Shown here one piece after another: positions 51,011-62,699 of a stretch of 64,000 nt of DNA. A program made the position numbers and the translations under genes. Origin of the DNA: Lama guanicoe (lineage: Eukaryota); assembly GCA_013239625.1 (NCBI GenBank), contig MU054001.1, positions 7,572,746 through 7,636,745 of the forward strand, given 5' to 3'. Below the pieces are notes generated by a model. That model did not search any database, was not told the DNA's origin, and saw only the letters and a program-made list of their open reading frames with translations. Each line of letters opens with the position of its first letter. Position 1 is the first letter of the stretch.

Positions 51011-54000
51011 AGAGGCCCTGGTCCAATCCGATGGAGCACTTCTGTGACCTGCTCAAAGAATAACTGTCCTTTCCACCTGAGAGGGGGTGACAACTTCCTT
51101 GGTGATCAAAGGCAAGATCTCTTTGCTTTATGTTGTTAACCTTAGGCGGGGAGACTGGGGGATCTTCATATATATTTTTAAATTTGGTTGACTCTGCAGT
51201 TTGTCTTTGGTCTCTGTAAAATTTTGAGAAACTCTCTATGAGTGATCATTCTTCCAACAGATTGAACGGGGTCCAGGGGGTAAGACCAAGCCTGTCCCAT
51301 CTGCCATCCTTTGTGTCATGTCCTGGGACCCAGTATATGCTCAGCACGTAAGTGAACAGACAGAAGTGAGTGAAGAGATGGGAGCATCTCCTTATTGTGT
51401 TGACTGCACTCTGTCCGATGCCTTGAGATTTGGGGAAGGGTTTACAAGTGCGGAGAGGGGAGGTCAGGTCTTCTGTGCTCTTCCTGAATGCCCTGGCCTT
51501 ACCCATTCACCCAGCCCCCTCTGGGCATCCAAGCTGAGGAGCTGGGCCACCGGGGGTTGTGTTGATCACTAATCCACCTTCACCCCATGTCCGGGGGTAG
51601 GTACACCTGGTTGTAGAATCTGGAGTCAGGTCCTTGGAGGAATTCCTCACCGAACTATGTTTTGGACCTTTTATTTTTCTCCATAACCTCCAGCTGAAGA
51701 AGATTGTCTTAGACTCATCAAAGCTGAGGACACCTACTGTTCCCTCGGAACCCAGGTGTGGCTGGGAGTCTGCTGTTTGTACAGCCGGTGGGCTCGTGTT
51801 ACTTTGGGCATTCCCGTACCTGAATTCCAGCAGTACACTCCGTGGTAGGGAAGGGGTGCGTGGCAGGGAGGGAAGCGCGTCAGGAGACTGTACAGCTAGG
51901 GAGATGTTAACCTGGGTTGTGCGGGAGCCTGCTGATGCATGGCATCTCGGTCCACGGAACTCTTCACACTGAGAGGGGTTCCCACTCCCGCAGGGGCCCT
52001 TTGATCAGTGTGCTGGGCGGTCAGGGGACCACAGGGGTCCCAGTGGGGATTATGGTGCCTTCAGGCAATGGGAAGTGAGGGCTCCAGCGGCACTTAAATT
52101 AACTGTGCACCCAAACCCAGCCCCCACCTCTTTCAGCCTGTTTCCTAATCTGCAAAACTGAAATGATAGTAACTATCCCGCGGGGTGGTTGATGGGCTTG
52201 GATAGACTAGACAGTCAGGAGCTAGAATTCCTCTGTCCCCTGATTGTTTTCCTTCTTTCTGACTATTTACTCTCATAAGCTCAGTCTCTCTGTCTCTCTC
52301 TCTTTCACTTCTAACTTTCTCTCATGCTCTGGTTTCATTTGATTACCAACCACCGCCCCTCCCCCTCGCAAATCCCCAGATGAGTGAACTTGATTTCTGG
52401 GAGTCAGTTCCAAATTCCAGGAAAGATGCTCTGTCTCCCTCTGGATCTGTTGTCCAACCCATCAGTTGTGGCCAGAGGAGCGAGTCACTCTGGGACCAGC
52501 GGAGGTTCTCCGCCCAGCCCCCCAGCCATCACTGTGGGAGCACATAGCTCTCTGAGGAGGAGGTAGTGGCTGTGAATTTGTGTCAGTCAGTATGAATTTA
52601 TGTCTCCTCTTGCCCCACCTTCATCCTCCTAAACAAAGATGAAAATTAAATACTCCCGAGATTTTTGTCATGGAACACTCAGGGTGGGGGCTAAGGGGGC
52701 TGGAATCTCTGCTGCATTTAAGGGGCTACAGTGAATCCCCAACGAGAGCCTGCAAAGGGAACACCAGCGGCCCCACCCGACACTTAGGGCGCTGAGTCTG
52801 CGTGATGTTGAGCTAGGCTTCTGACCACAGCTCAGGGGTCTAGTCTGACCAGTTAGCCTTTGAAACCAACCAGCTTTGGATTCCTCAATCCCTCCCTGAG
52901 GTTTTACCTGAACCACCAGGTTCTGTATCTATGAAGACAGATGATGAGGACCCTTCACGTAAGCCGTTCGCACAGCTCTGTGCAGGCCTTTGTGCTGCAC
53001 TGTTTTTTCCCCGGCGAGCTGACCGAGGTTGGTATTTTACTGATGTTAGAAATAGCCTGGTTTCCCGATGCACTGTTTCAACAGAAGCCACTTCTCGCTG
53101 ATAAAAGCAAAAAAGGGACTTAATGAGAAGATACTGGGAGGGTGTGTGGAGTGGCCAGGACCGGAGCCAACCCAGGAGCTGTAGGAGGTGTTGGGGAGCC
53201 CCAGGCACCAGGCTGGGCGGGGTGCTACCATGCCCCCTGCCACCCCAGAAGGGACCCCCCCTCCACCCGACCCTCCACCTCACTCACTGCAGGTTCATGT
53301 CCCGGCAGGGCCAGGTCACACTGAAGCCACCAGCACACACCTCAGTGGGGGAGCTGGCCCTGTCCCAGCTGAGGGTGTGCCCGGTGTGGGGAGATGCCAA
53401 GTTAGAGGAAGGCGGTTCCCCTACTGTTCCGAGTTAAGGTGCAAGTCAGTGCCCATAACTCAGGAGAGCCAGGCTGGTCAGACCTCATTGTGGTGACTAG
53501 GCTGTCTGAGTTCACATACTACTTTCCATGTTTGAAGGCCGTGGAAGGAGAAAAAGTGAAGGTTGTAGTACTTATTTTGTGTTTCCCACGTACCAGGTGC
53601 TGTAAGCAAGCCACTTCAGATAAGGCCCAGAGTAACCACGTTAATAGGCCACGGAGCAAGTCGTGCACTCAGGCCTCTGTGGTCCCGAAACCCGTGTCCC
53701 CATCGGCTCTGTAGTTACCAGTGGAAACTGGGGGCGGGGTGTATGCGACTGTGTGCTCCTGTAGGGGCTGGGATGTGTGTGTTTAAATGCACATCTTCAG
53801 AAACTCAGCTAGAACCACAGCCATTGATTGTACGTACTCAGAGGAGGGGAGGCTTCCAGCCTCTGGTCCAGCTCGAGTGGAGCTCAGAAGTTGCTCCTTC
53901 TGTCCTGGAAACAACACTAGAGCTGAGGGAGCTGCAAACCCTCTGCTCTTCTTAGATCCCAGAAAACTGAGGGGAAAAGCTGCTCCCAACCCAGAGAGGC

Positions 54001-55399
54001 AGCCGGGCAGGCTTGGAGAGTCACAGCTCCCAGGGCAGAACCCGCTTTTGTACGAACCCCAGGGGAAGGCAGATTTAACAGATCCCTGAGGCCAGCGGGA
54101 GGCTCAGCGTGGGGAAATCTGAGTGTGACAACTCCAGGGGGCCAGTCAGAGGGGCTCCATACTCTTTTTCATGCATTTTACCTCCAGGACCTTGTCCTGT
54201 TCTCAGAATGAATGTCAGAGAAAAACTCCTCATGCTTCCTGCCTGGAAAGGAGAAAATAAACTGTGTTGAAATACACCCAGAACATTCTGTTTCATTGGG
54301 GGAAGTTGTTTTTTGTTTGTTTGTTTAGTGAGAAATTATTTTACCAAATCCTAAGCCACCTGGGGGAAGGGAAATACCTTCTGTGTCACTCAAATTGGGC
54401 TGGGGGAAAGAGACACATTTTGGAGGTCATAGCTCAGGGCACAGTCTCAATGAGAACTAATCACAGGAATAAAGATGCCCCCCTCTGTCCCACTCCCCCA
54501 ACACCTTACCTCCATAACAGTAGGGCCCCTGTGTAATAACAGGAATAAAACTAAAAGAAGTAAATGTCTCAGGAGTTTCTAGGGAAAACCCAGAGACAGC
54601 GGGGAGATGAAAAGAAGGACACGCAGGTGGCTTTAGCCTCTCACACCAATAGCTGTAGCAAACTACACACAGCCCAGCCCTGGTAGATAAACAGAAAACC
54701 TCACAGAAGATACTATTTATTTTGTTTCTCTTATCCAGTGCATTCCATGGTGCATTCTCGCCTAGAAATGAGTGGAAGCAAGTCCATCTCAGAAGGGACA
54801 TAACTGAAGAGGGATGTCTTCCCAGACTCTGAGGGGCAGAGAGAGCACCAGCCTGAGTAAGAGCACTGTGAGGGGTGGGGTAGGGTTGGGCTGCCTTTTT
54901 CCCCAAATAAGGAAACTTCCTGAGGCCAGCACAGTGGGAGGGAGGGCCATGGGGTAGAAGCAGCCAGACTTCTTCCTGAGAACTGATGGGATACCTCCAA
55001 TGGTACATTCAGGTGCCCAAACTGGGCCCTGAGGGTGGGAGCCAGTCGGTCTGCCTCAGAGCCCAGGACTGAGGTGGGCGCACAGCAGGCCGGTCTTACT
55101 TGGCCAGATCCATTTCACTTCCCCAAGCCCTGTGTAAAACATGAAGCGTGGACGGCCTGGTGAGCACAGCTCTGCCCTCAAGACCGCTTTCAACTTCTCT
55201 CTTCCCGGAAAATAGCACCTCTGAGCCCGTCCTGGGTGACCTCACAGAGATCACCCTAGTGGACCAGGCTAGTGACCGGGAACATGTACCTTCCTGCAGC
55301 CAACCCCAGACATCCACTGATGCATCATATACTGGCAAAGATGTGAGTTCCTGTGCATTGGTCTAACAGCAGAGACTCTGCCACAGGCCCATGAGGTGG

Positions 55400-55545
55400 A
55401 CATGCAGGGGTGCAGGAGTGTAGGCAGTTCAAAAGTGTAAGTGGTGGCGGGGGTGCAGGGGTGCAGAAATGCAGGGAGTGCAGAAGTGCAGAGAGTGGCA
55501 GGGGTGCAGAGGTGCAGGAGTGTAGGGGTGCAGGGAGGTGCTCAG
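55400..55545 (+). repeat. Short G-rich degenerate minisatellite (ggggtgcag-like, ~9-10-bp unit)
   Basis: Repeated ggggtgcag / gagtgcag / gagtgtag directly before the 160-bp array. Confidence 0.7.
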
Positions 55546-55564
55546 GCACTTGGGTAGGATCAGA

Positions 55565-57700
55565 AGGCAAGTGCACATCCTCGCAGTCAGCTTGACCCTG
55601 GGAGGCTGGTGCAATGGTTTGGGGCGGCGGCGGCGGCGGTGGAGGGTGGGAGGCTGCCCGGGCAAGCCGGTCGATTTCTTCTCTTCCCTGCAGCCTGGCC
55701 CGGGGGGACCTTGGCCGCCGGAGATTCGCCAGATGCTGGACTCCAGGTAAGCTTACTCCTGGGAGGTGGTGAGGTTAGGTCACAGGGCGGCGGCAGCGGC
55801 AGGTGGCCGGAGAGGGGCTGCCCCTGGCGAACTGGTGGAATGGCTGCCTTCTCCTGGCTGCCAGGCCTGGGAGCGGCCTCTGCTGCCCCAGGCTGCCGGA
55901 CACACTTGTCCCACTCAGCTTGCTGAGTGGGGAGTGGAGGCGGTGTCGTTAAGTTGCGGGGCCAATGGGAGTAGGTGGTCTACCGCGCGGAAGCCGGTCA
56001 ATTGGCTCTGCTCTCCCCCGAGGCGGAGCCAGGGGCGGCTTCTGCTGCCCTAGAGGCGGGACGCAGGTCTCCAGGTGAGCTTGCTCCTGGGAGGCGGGGG
56101 CGGCGGTGCCGGGGGAGAGGATCCATTCCAGGGAGCTGCTCCATTTCTTCTCTTCCCCGCGGCCTGGCCTGGGGGCGACCTCTGCCGCCGGAGATTTCAC
56201 TGAGGTCCGATTCCAACAGAGCTTGCTCCTGGGAGATGGCTGCGGTGCGGTCAGGGGGCTGGTAAGGTGGTGGCTGCGCGGATAGGGAGGCTGCCCCGGG
56301 GGAGCTTGTGAATTAGCTCCCTTGTCTGTGTCGCATGGCCTGTAGGTGGTCTCTGCTGCACCAGGTCCCGGGACACCCCTGTCCCACTTTGCCTGCTGGG
56401 GGCGGGAGGCAGAGTAGTTTTGGTGCAGGGGTGGCGGATGTCGGGGGCCTGCAGCGGGGGAGCGGGCCCATTTGCTCCCATCTCCTCCGCGGCTTGCCCT
56501 GGGGGCGGTCTCTGTTGCCCTGGGTTACGAGACACCTGTATCCTAGTCGGCCTGACCCCGGGAGGCGGACGTGGTACGTTGGGGGTGGTGGCAGCAGCGG
56601 CAGGTTTTCCCATGGAGCTTGTCCATTTGCTCCCTCTTCCCCCCATGGTTTGCCCTGGGGGCGGTCCCTGTTGCCCCAAGTTCGGCCGACGTCCATCTCC
56701 AGGTCAGCCTGAGCCCTAGAGGAGGCCTCCATGGGGTCAGGGGGCAAGAGTTGTGGCTGCTGCGGGGGTAGGGGGCTGCCTTGGAGAGCTGGTGGATTGG
56801 CTCCCGTCTCCCCGATGGCCTGGTGTGGAAGTGGCCTCTCCTGCCCCAGATCACCAGACACACCTGTCCCATTCAGCCTGCTGGGGGAGGGGCGCACTGG
56901 GCGGTGCCTTTAAGGTGCGGGGTTGGCGACGGCGGGTGTAGAGGACCTGCAGCGCTGAGCCTGTCAATTTGCTCTCCTCTTCCCTGCGGCCAAGACTTGG
57001 GGCGTCCTCTGCTACCCAAGAAGCTGGATGCCCGTCTCCAGGTCAGCTTGCTCCTGGGAGGCGGGCGCGATGCGATCGAGGGTCAGAGGCAGCTGCGACG
57101 GCCGGCTGCCCCGCCTAATGGGGCAACTTCTTCTCCTCTCCCTTGACCTGCCCTGGGGACGGCCTCTCCCGCACAAGATTCGCCTGACACACCACACCCG
57201 GTCAGGTTGCTCCTGGGAGGTGGGCACGGTGAGATCAGGGGGTGGAGAGGAGAGGCGGGCTGCCCCTGGTGAGCTGGAGAAGAAGCTCCCATCTCTCTGG
57301 AGGCCTGACGTGGGGGCGGCCTCTGCTGCCCCCGTTTCCAGGTCACCCATCTCCGGGTCATATTGCCCCGGGGGTGCGGTAGGGTGCGGGGGTGGCGGGG
57401 TGTTGGCGGGGGTATGGAGCCTGCCGCTTGGGAGCTGGTGGTTTATCTCCCATCTCCCCCGCAGCTTGGCCTGTGGGCAGCCTCTTTTGCCCCAGGTCGC
57501 AAAGCACAGTTTCCCTGACAGCTTAACCACCGGAAGTGGGCAGGATGTGCTGAGGGGGTGGAGGCAGCCCCCAAGGCAGCGACGGAGGGGGCAGTCCCTG
57601 GCCAGCTGGTCAATTTGTTCCCATCTCAACCTTTGCTGCCCAGTTTCGCAGGACGCCCTTCTTCAGTTTATCCTTCTCCTGGGAGGTGGGCGCAGTACAT
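55565..57700 (+). repeat. CpG-rich degenerate tandem array, ~160-bp unit, ~14 copies
   Basis: Anchor gtcagcttgctcctgggagg and variants at ~55586, 55747, 55914, 56075, 56218, 56387, 56546, 56703, 56872, 57042, 57200, 57357, 57518 and 57667. Each unit also has a gg.cggcctctgctgcccc motif. Confidence 0.9.
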
Positions 57701-59515
57701 GCACCCCAAGGTCTGGGCTCTCCCCTGAGGAGGGGCAGAACTCTCTTCTTTGTCTTTATTCTTCAGCGAAGTGGTTACTGGATGCAATTCTTAATTCTGA
57801 AAAAGTGTAGCCTGTGTTATCGAAGAGCTGCTGGACAGTGAGGTTTCTAGGTGGATTTTCACATCAGCTGATGCCCCAGGCAGGCAGGAAAGCTTTTACT
57901 CAGAGCTTCTTAGTCTGGGGTTGGGGATGGCCCCGCCATCCTTGCCATGCTTTTTAAAAATGTGTTACTCCCCTCTTTTTCCTAGGTGACATTTTAGGTT
58001 ATTGGGTCACAGATTGCTGCCACACTCATCCCTGTTCTCAAACATCTTTTAAACTTGGGTGAAGTGATAAGTAGGGGAAGATGATTTACTGAAAGATAAG
58101 AAACCTTAAATTTTCATTAAAGCTACGTTCTGTCAATCTTTCTCAAATGATTTTTCCCTGATTCTAAATCCACGACCTAGTGAATGTTGTACTCTTGTGT
58201 AAATCATTGATCTTCACATCACATTTGTTGAGTGGTCAACGAGATTTGTTAATTATATTATTCCTGAAAGGAAAAGTTCAGGCTTTTCAGAATTCCTTGT
58301 CTGATGTCACCCAGGCAGTCACAGTAGAAGACAGAGCTGATATAAAAATCCCTCAATAAAAATCCCTCAGCTGCCTGACCTGCAAAGCTTCTGGGATTAC
58401 TGATCCCTGAAATGCAGGTGACTCTTGATAATCTGGGGGATGGTTTATATGATCAGATTCTTCCAGTTCTGTAAATGGATTCCGTGGCCCCAGCCCCGGG
58501 AGAACTGGTCATAAGGGCCATATCGTGAGGGGTGGGATGGGAAGGCAAGGTGTAAGAGCTGGAATCACTGAGATTCCACACTCGCTAAACGCAGACTCCA
58601 GAGCCTAAGTGTTGTCAGGTTCTGTTCTGGATTTGAGAGTGTGTTCAGACATGATTCTTGCCCTTCAGGAGTCACTGCCTGGGTGGAAGTAACCTTTACA
58701 TAAATCTGGGGAGGATGGCAATTAAGTAGATGGGCTGTTATGGTTCTCAGTGTGCCCATGCTCGCTCTTCCAGGCACTTGTGAGACTAACGAGAGTCATG
58801 TTATTCACTCATTCACTGATTTATTACCCTTGAATTGATCATTTGTCTCACAGTAAGTGAAACAAGGTATCAAGAAGCTGAGTTTTGTCCCCTCTCCTAT
58901 TACTGATTGTATCTGTCAGTCGGGCGCCCTGCGTATGCATTGTGAAATGGTGGTATTTTTTGCCCAATGGGACTGCACAGTGACTTCTGAGAGTCAGGGG
59001 AGACACGTGGGTAGGACAGCACCCTGACACACATGGCACCCCCCCCCACCCCGTGAGACAGCATTGTCGATGTTCAGGTGACCCGATGTAGACGGCGGTA
59101 TTAAACCTGAGCGTGTTTAGTGATCTTGGTGTCTATGAAAATACAGACTACCGGTCCCTACCTCTGGAGACTCTGAGGGTGTTCACACCAGAATTCTGCA
59201 TTTTAAGAAGCACTTTAACTAATTCTGATAAAGATGATCTAAGTGTCCCACTGAGAAACACGGGTGTGCAATGCACCAATATTGAGGATTCTCAGGGAGC
59301 GATGTCTTTTCAGGATGGTCCAAGGGCCCTCACTTGAGACTTTAGTCTTGGGTTTAATTGTATGTGTTCAGAAGTGATGTGTCTCACTTCCAGTGCTTGT
59401 CAGCATGCTCTGTGTAGGGATTTGCTCTCAGTAGATATCAAAAACTATGATTCTTCAGGTCACCGAGCTAGAGTGTGAGCGATATTTTATTTTGGTTTTC
59501 TTTATTGCAATGCAG

Positions 59516-59897
59516 AGTCTCCCGAGAAGAGATTCAGACTGAACAGCTTTGTGTCAGACTTTGGGAGACCACTGGTGCCCAAGGTGTTCTCTGGCAGCGC
59601 AATGGCGAATGTAGGTCCCTCTTTCACTACTACGTCAGTGAAGTGGACCACTTGGACAAGGCCAAAGCTGGTATCCCAATTATAGCCCTTAACAGTGATA
59701 TTCGGCTCCAGAAAGCCATCAGATGCATCAGGTGGCCAGAGTAGGAGCCAAACAGCCTCATGAAAGGTGACATCCCCAACTTCATCAACACGGACCAGAA
59801 CTCTTCCCTTGGGGAAGATGATCTCCTGATTTTGGAACCACCAATTGTTCTAGAAAATAAGGCAGTTGCCCAGACCTCACACAAAGAATTGAATTGA
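59516..59897 (+). pseudogene. Unidentified degenerate terminal coding exon
   Basis: T-rich acceptor ...ttttctttattgcaatgcag|. Reads SPEKRFRLNSFVSDFGRPLVPKVFS, then an apparent frameshift into QRNGECRSLFHYYVSEVDHLDKAKAGIPIIALNSDIRLQKAIRCIRWPE*EPNSLMKGDIPNFINTDQNSSLGEDDLLILEPPIVLENKAVAQTSHKELN*. Protein-like composition with an internal TAG at 59742; AT-rich UTR-like sequence further downstream. Parent not named. Confidence 0.55.
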
Positions 59898-61729
59898 GAA
59901 AACGTGCTTTGTCAAGTGTCTTCTGAGGATGTAAAGTCTGTTTTTGTATGGCAGGAAGTCCCCTTTCACAAAATTGTATGTGTTTTTGTCTGAGAGACAG
60001 AAATGGAGACAGACAGAAAGACGAAGAGACAGAAGAGAGCCCCCTCAGAAGAGAGCTGGTTAAGGTGAGTTTTTGTGCCTTTAAAAAACATTCGGGGCTT
60101 TGGGGAGAACGAAGTATTTACACTGTCTCATTCTCCTCGTTGGAAACCTTGGCCCCGTCCTCAGTGTCAGTATCCTTGAACTGGGGTTGGCACGGTGCGT
60201 TTTATCGGACGCTGCCACTTCCACGCTCTGTCTTTAGCACGTTGCTTTGCCTGTCAGGGCTGCCACGCTTTTAACCGTAAGGAGAGGAGTCTGGAGTAGA
60301 TGATCCATCCCAGCTCTGCTGTTTTGCAAATTTCAGATTTCGTATTTGGATGAGGCTGGGATACACCCAGAGCAGTATAAACCAGGCCCTACCTCCTGCC
60401 TATTGCTGGGGCACCCCTCAGGTCTGTGCCTTCTACTCAACCCTTTACTGAGCCCAGCTTTTGTCAGGAGCCCAAGTGCGTACCGGGATGGCAGGAGGCT
60501 TGTCTCTCGTGGTCACAGTGGCCGACATTTCTATTGGTTGTGCTGAAACAGCTCTTCTGAGATCCTCCGGCCACCCTTGCTCAAACCTGAGGACAGCCAC
60601 ACCATTCCTTTCCTAGGAGGAGGATCAACCCATGGTGAATTTTATGACAATCCTGTCCCCAGGAATGCACGGACGGTTATCAGTTGAGTGAGGGTAGGTG
60701 CCTCTGTGTCTCTGTGTCCCTGTATCTCTGTCTGCTCACAGTGCCCTGCCACCAGCTACTGAACAAGAAAAGTGCTATTCACCATGCTATGTGTTTTGCA
60801 GATGTGTAGGTGATAGTTGTGTGGCTCGTGTGTGGGCTTTGAGCTGGGATGGTGAAGGCCTTATATATACCGCATCAACATGTGTTCAAGGTGGCCTGGT
60901 GCCACACAGACTTGATTCATGAAGGCATAAAGCCTGCACACTGGTTTGGAAACAACGTGGTTTTGATCAGTCACACTGCATGCATGACTCGCTGCTAATC
61001 TCTGGGTGTTTTTTTTCATTTTAGATTTATTCAACCAGAGTCTTGCTTACGCTGAAAAATACATTTATTTCACCAGAATATTCTCTGATTTTTTGTTTTC
61101 ACACATCCAGTTGTTTAATTCCTTTAAAAATGATTCTGTGTTTATAATGTCTCCTAATTTCTATCATCTCTAGGTTCCCAGTGGCCTGAGCCATACACCA
61201 GATTTGATGTAGGAACAGTTCCACCAAAAGAAATCCTTTCGCCATAATATCTTTTGAGTAAAATATTATTCTTTAAGACTCTAACAGTAAATCATAGAAC
61301 AAAGCATGGAACATTTCTTGTACTTAATACATGTTCATGTGAAAAGAAATGATATTTTCATTAAACAATGTTGATTTTAGTAACTTTTATAAATGTGAAT
61401 ATTATTATTCTTAATTTAAGTTAGCAGATAAAACCACAGTTATTTATTATGAAGACTGAAAACTATTTACATGGTCTCTTAATTAGAAGTAGCTTTATTA
61501 GAAGACTGAAGGGTATTTAAAAGATGGAAAAATACCCATGATGACACCATCATTTTTATTAACTATATATCAAGAACTGTGCAGAGTTAAAATTTAACCC
61601 TCTGCAAGCTGCCAAGTTAGCATGAGGTAGTTTGTGGATGCTGCCAGAAGACAGGAGACTCCCCCAGGATCAGAGTCAAAGTACTTCCTGCCAGCACAGC
61701 AGACAGCTTGTGGTTCATGTTCATGTTGG

Positions 61730-62010
61730 TTCCTGAGTTCCTTTCCTATTGCTGTTGTAACAAAGGACCACAGACTCAGTGGCTTAAAGCAATACACATT
61801 CATCTTCTCACTGCTCTAGGGTGCAGAAGTGCAAAGTCAATGTCAGTGGGCTAAAACCAACTGTGTGGCCAAGGCTACGTTCCACACCGAAGCTCTAGGT
61901 AGGGATTCGTCTTCCTACCTTTCCCAGCTTGCAGAGGTGATCACACTCCTTGGCCCAGGGCCCTGTGTCACTGGGACCTCTGCTGCCACTTTACATCTCT
62001 GTCTCTGACT
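61730..62010 (-). mobile_element. MLT1 (ERVL-MaLR) LTR fragment
   Basis: cctattgctgttgtaacaaaggaccacagactcagtggcttaaagcaatacacatt...gaagctctagg is the MLT1 antisense signature. Confidence 0.7.
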
Positions 62011-62699
62011 ATATAGATATAAAGGAAGAGTCTTCTACATCTGGTATAGACACTTTTTCCTAAATGGACATTGTATCCCTGTTTATGCGCAGATTAAAAC
62101 CCCTTCCCTCCAGGGTGCAGTGGCATCAGCTCAAAAGATTACCACTCTTCCCTTTAAGTGTCCTCTTTGTATTGTCACCTGGGAACTTCTCTCTCCATAG
62201 TTAGCTCTGTGTTACTTTGTTGTTGTATTTTATCTGGCATTACTGAAAGTTTTACTTAAAAGGGATCCTAATTACTTCTGTTTACCTGTCTCCAGAGCTG
62301 AAAGCTTCAGTTCTAGAGTATCTGTTTGATTTTTCTTAAAAATGCATTCCAGTATATTTCTCTGGTGAAAGTCTTTACCCTGTTATCTATTCTCCCATCA
62401 TTCCCTTATTTTCTTGAATATATTGAAAGTATTTTATAGCCTTTATTGGAAACTCTGATGCCTACATCACCTGGGGGTTTGCATCCTTTGTCTAATGCTT
62501 CTTATTCTCATATTATCTGTCATATTGTCTGGATATGTTGCATGTCTAGAAATTCTTTATTACATGGCAGACATTGCAAATGAAAAATCCATCTGTTATC
62601 TTCCGTGAGATGTTTTCTACCTTCCCGTTAGGCAGAAAGTGTGAGGGACTGATCATGTCACTCCAATCAGGCGCTGAGGTGGATGAGGTCTGAAGTGCC

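Noticed and set aside
55565..57700. Regularly spaced repeats suggesting a CRISPR-like array
   Set aside because: Eukaryotic context; whole units are homologous, with no unique spacers and no cas genes.
57012..57810. Long ORFs (260 aa plus strand, 205 aa minus strand) and many overlapping ORFs at 55.5-57.8 kb
   Set aside because: They arise from a GC-rich, stop-poor satellite. Unit lengths vary by non-multiples of three and no frame is conserved between units.
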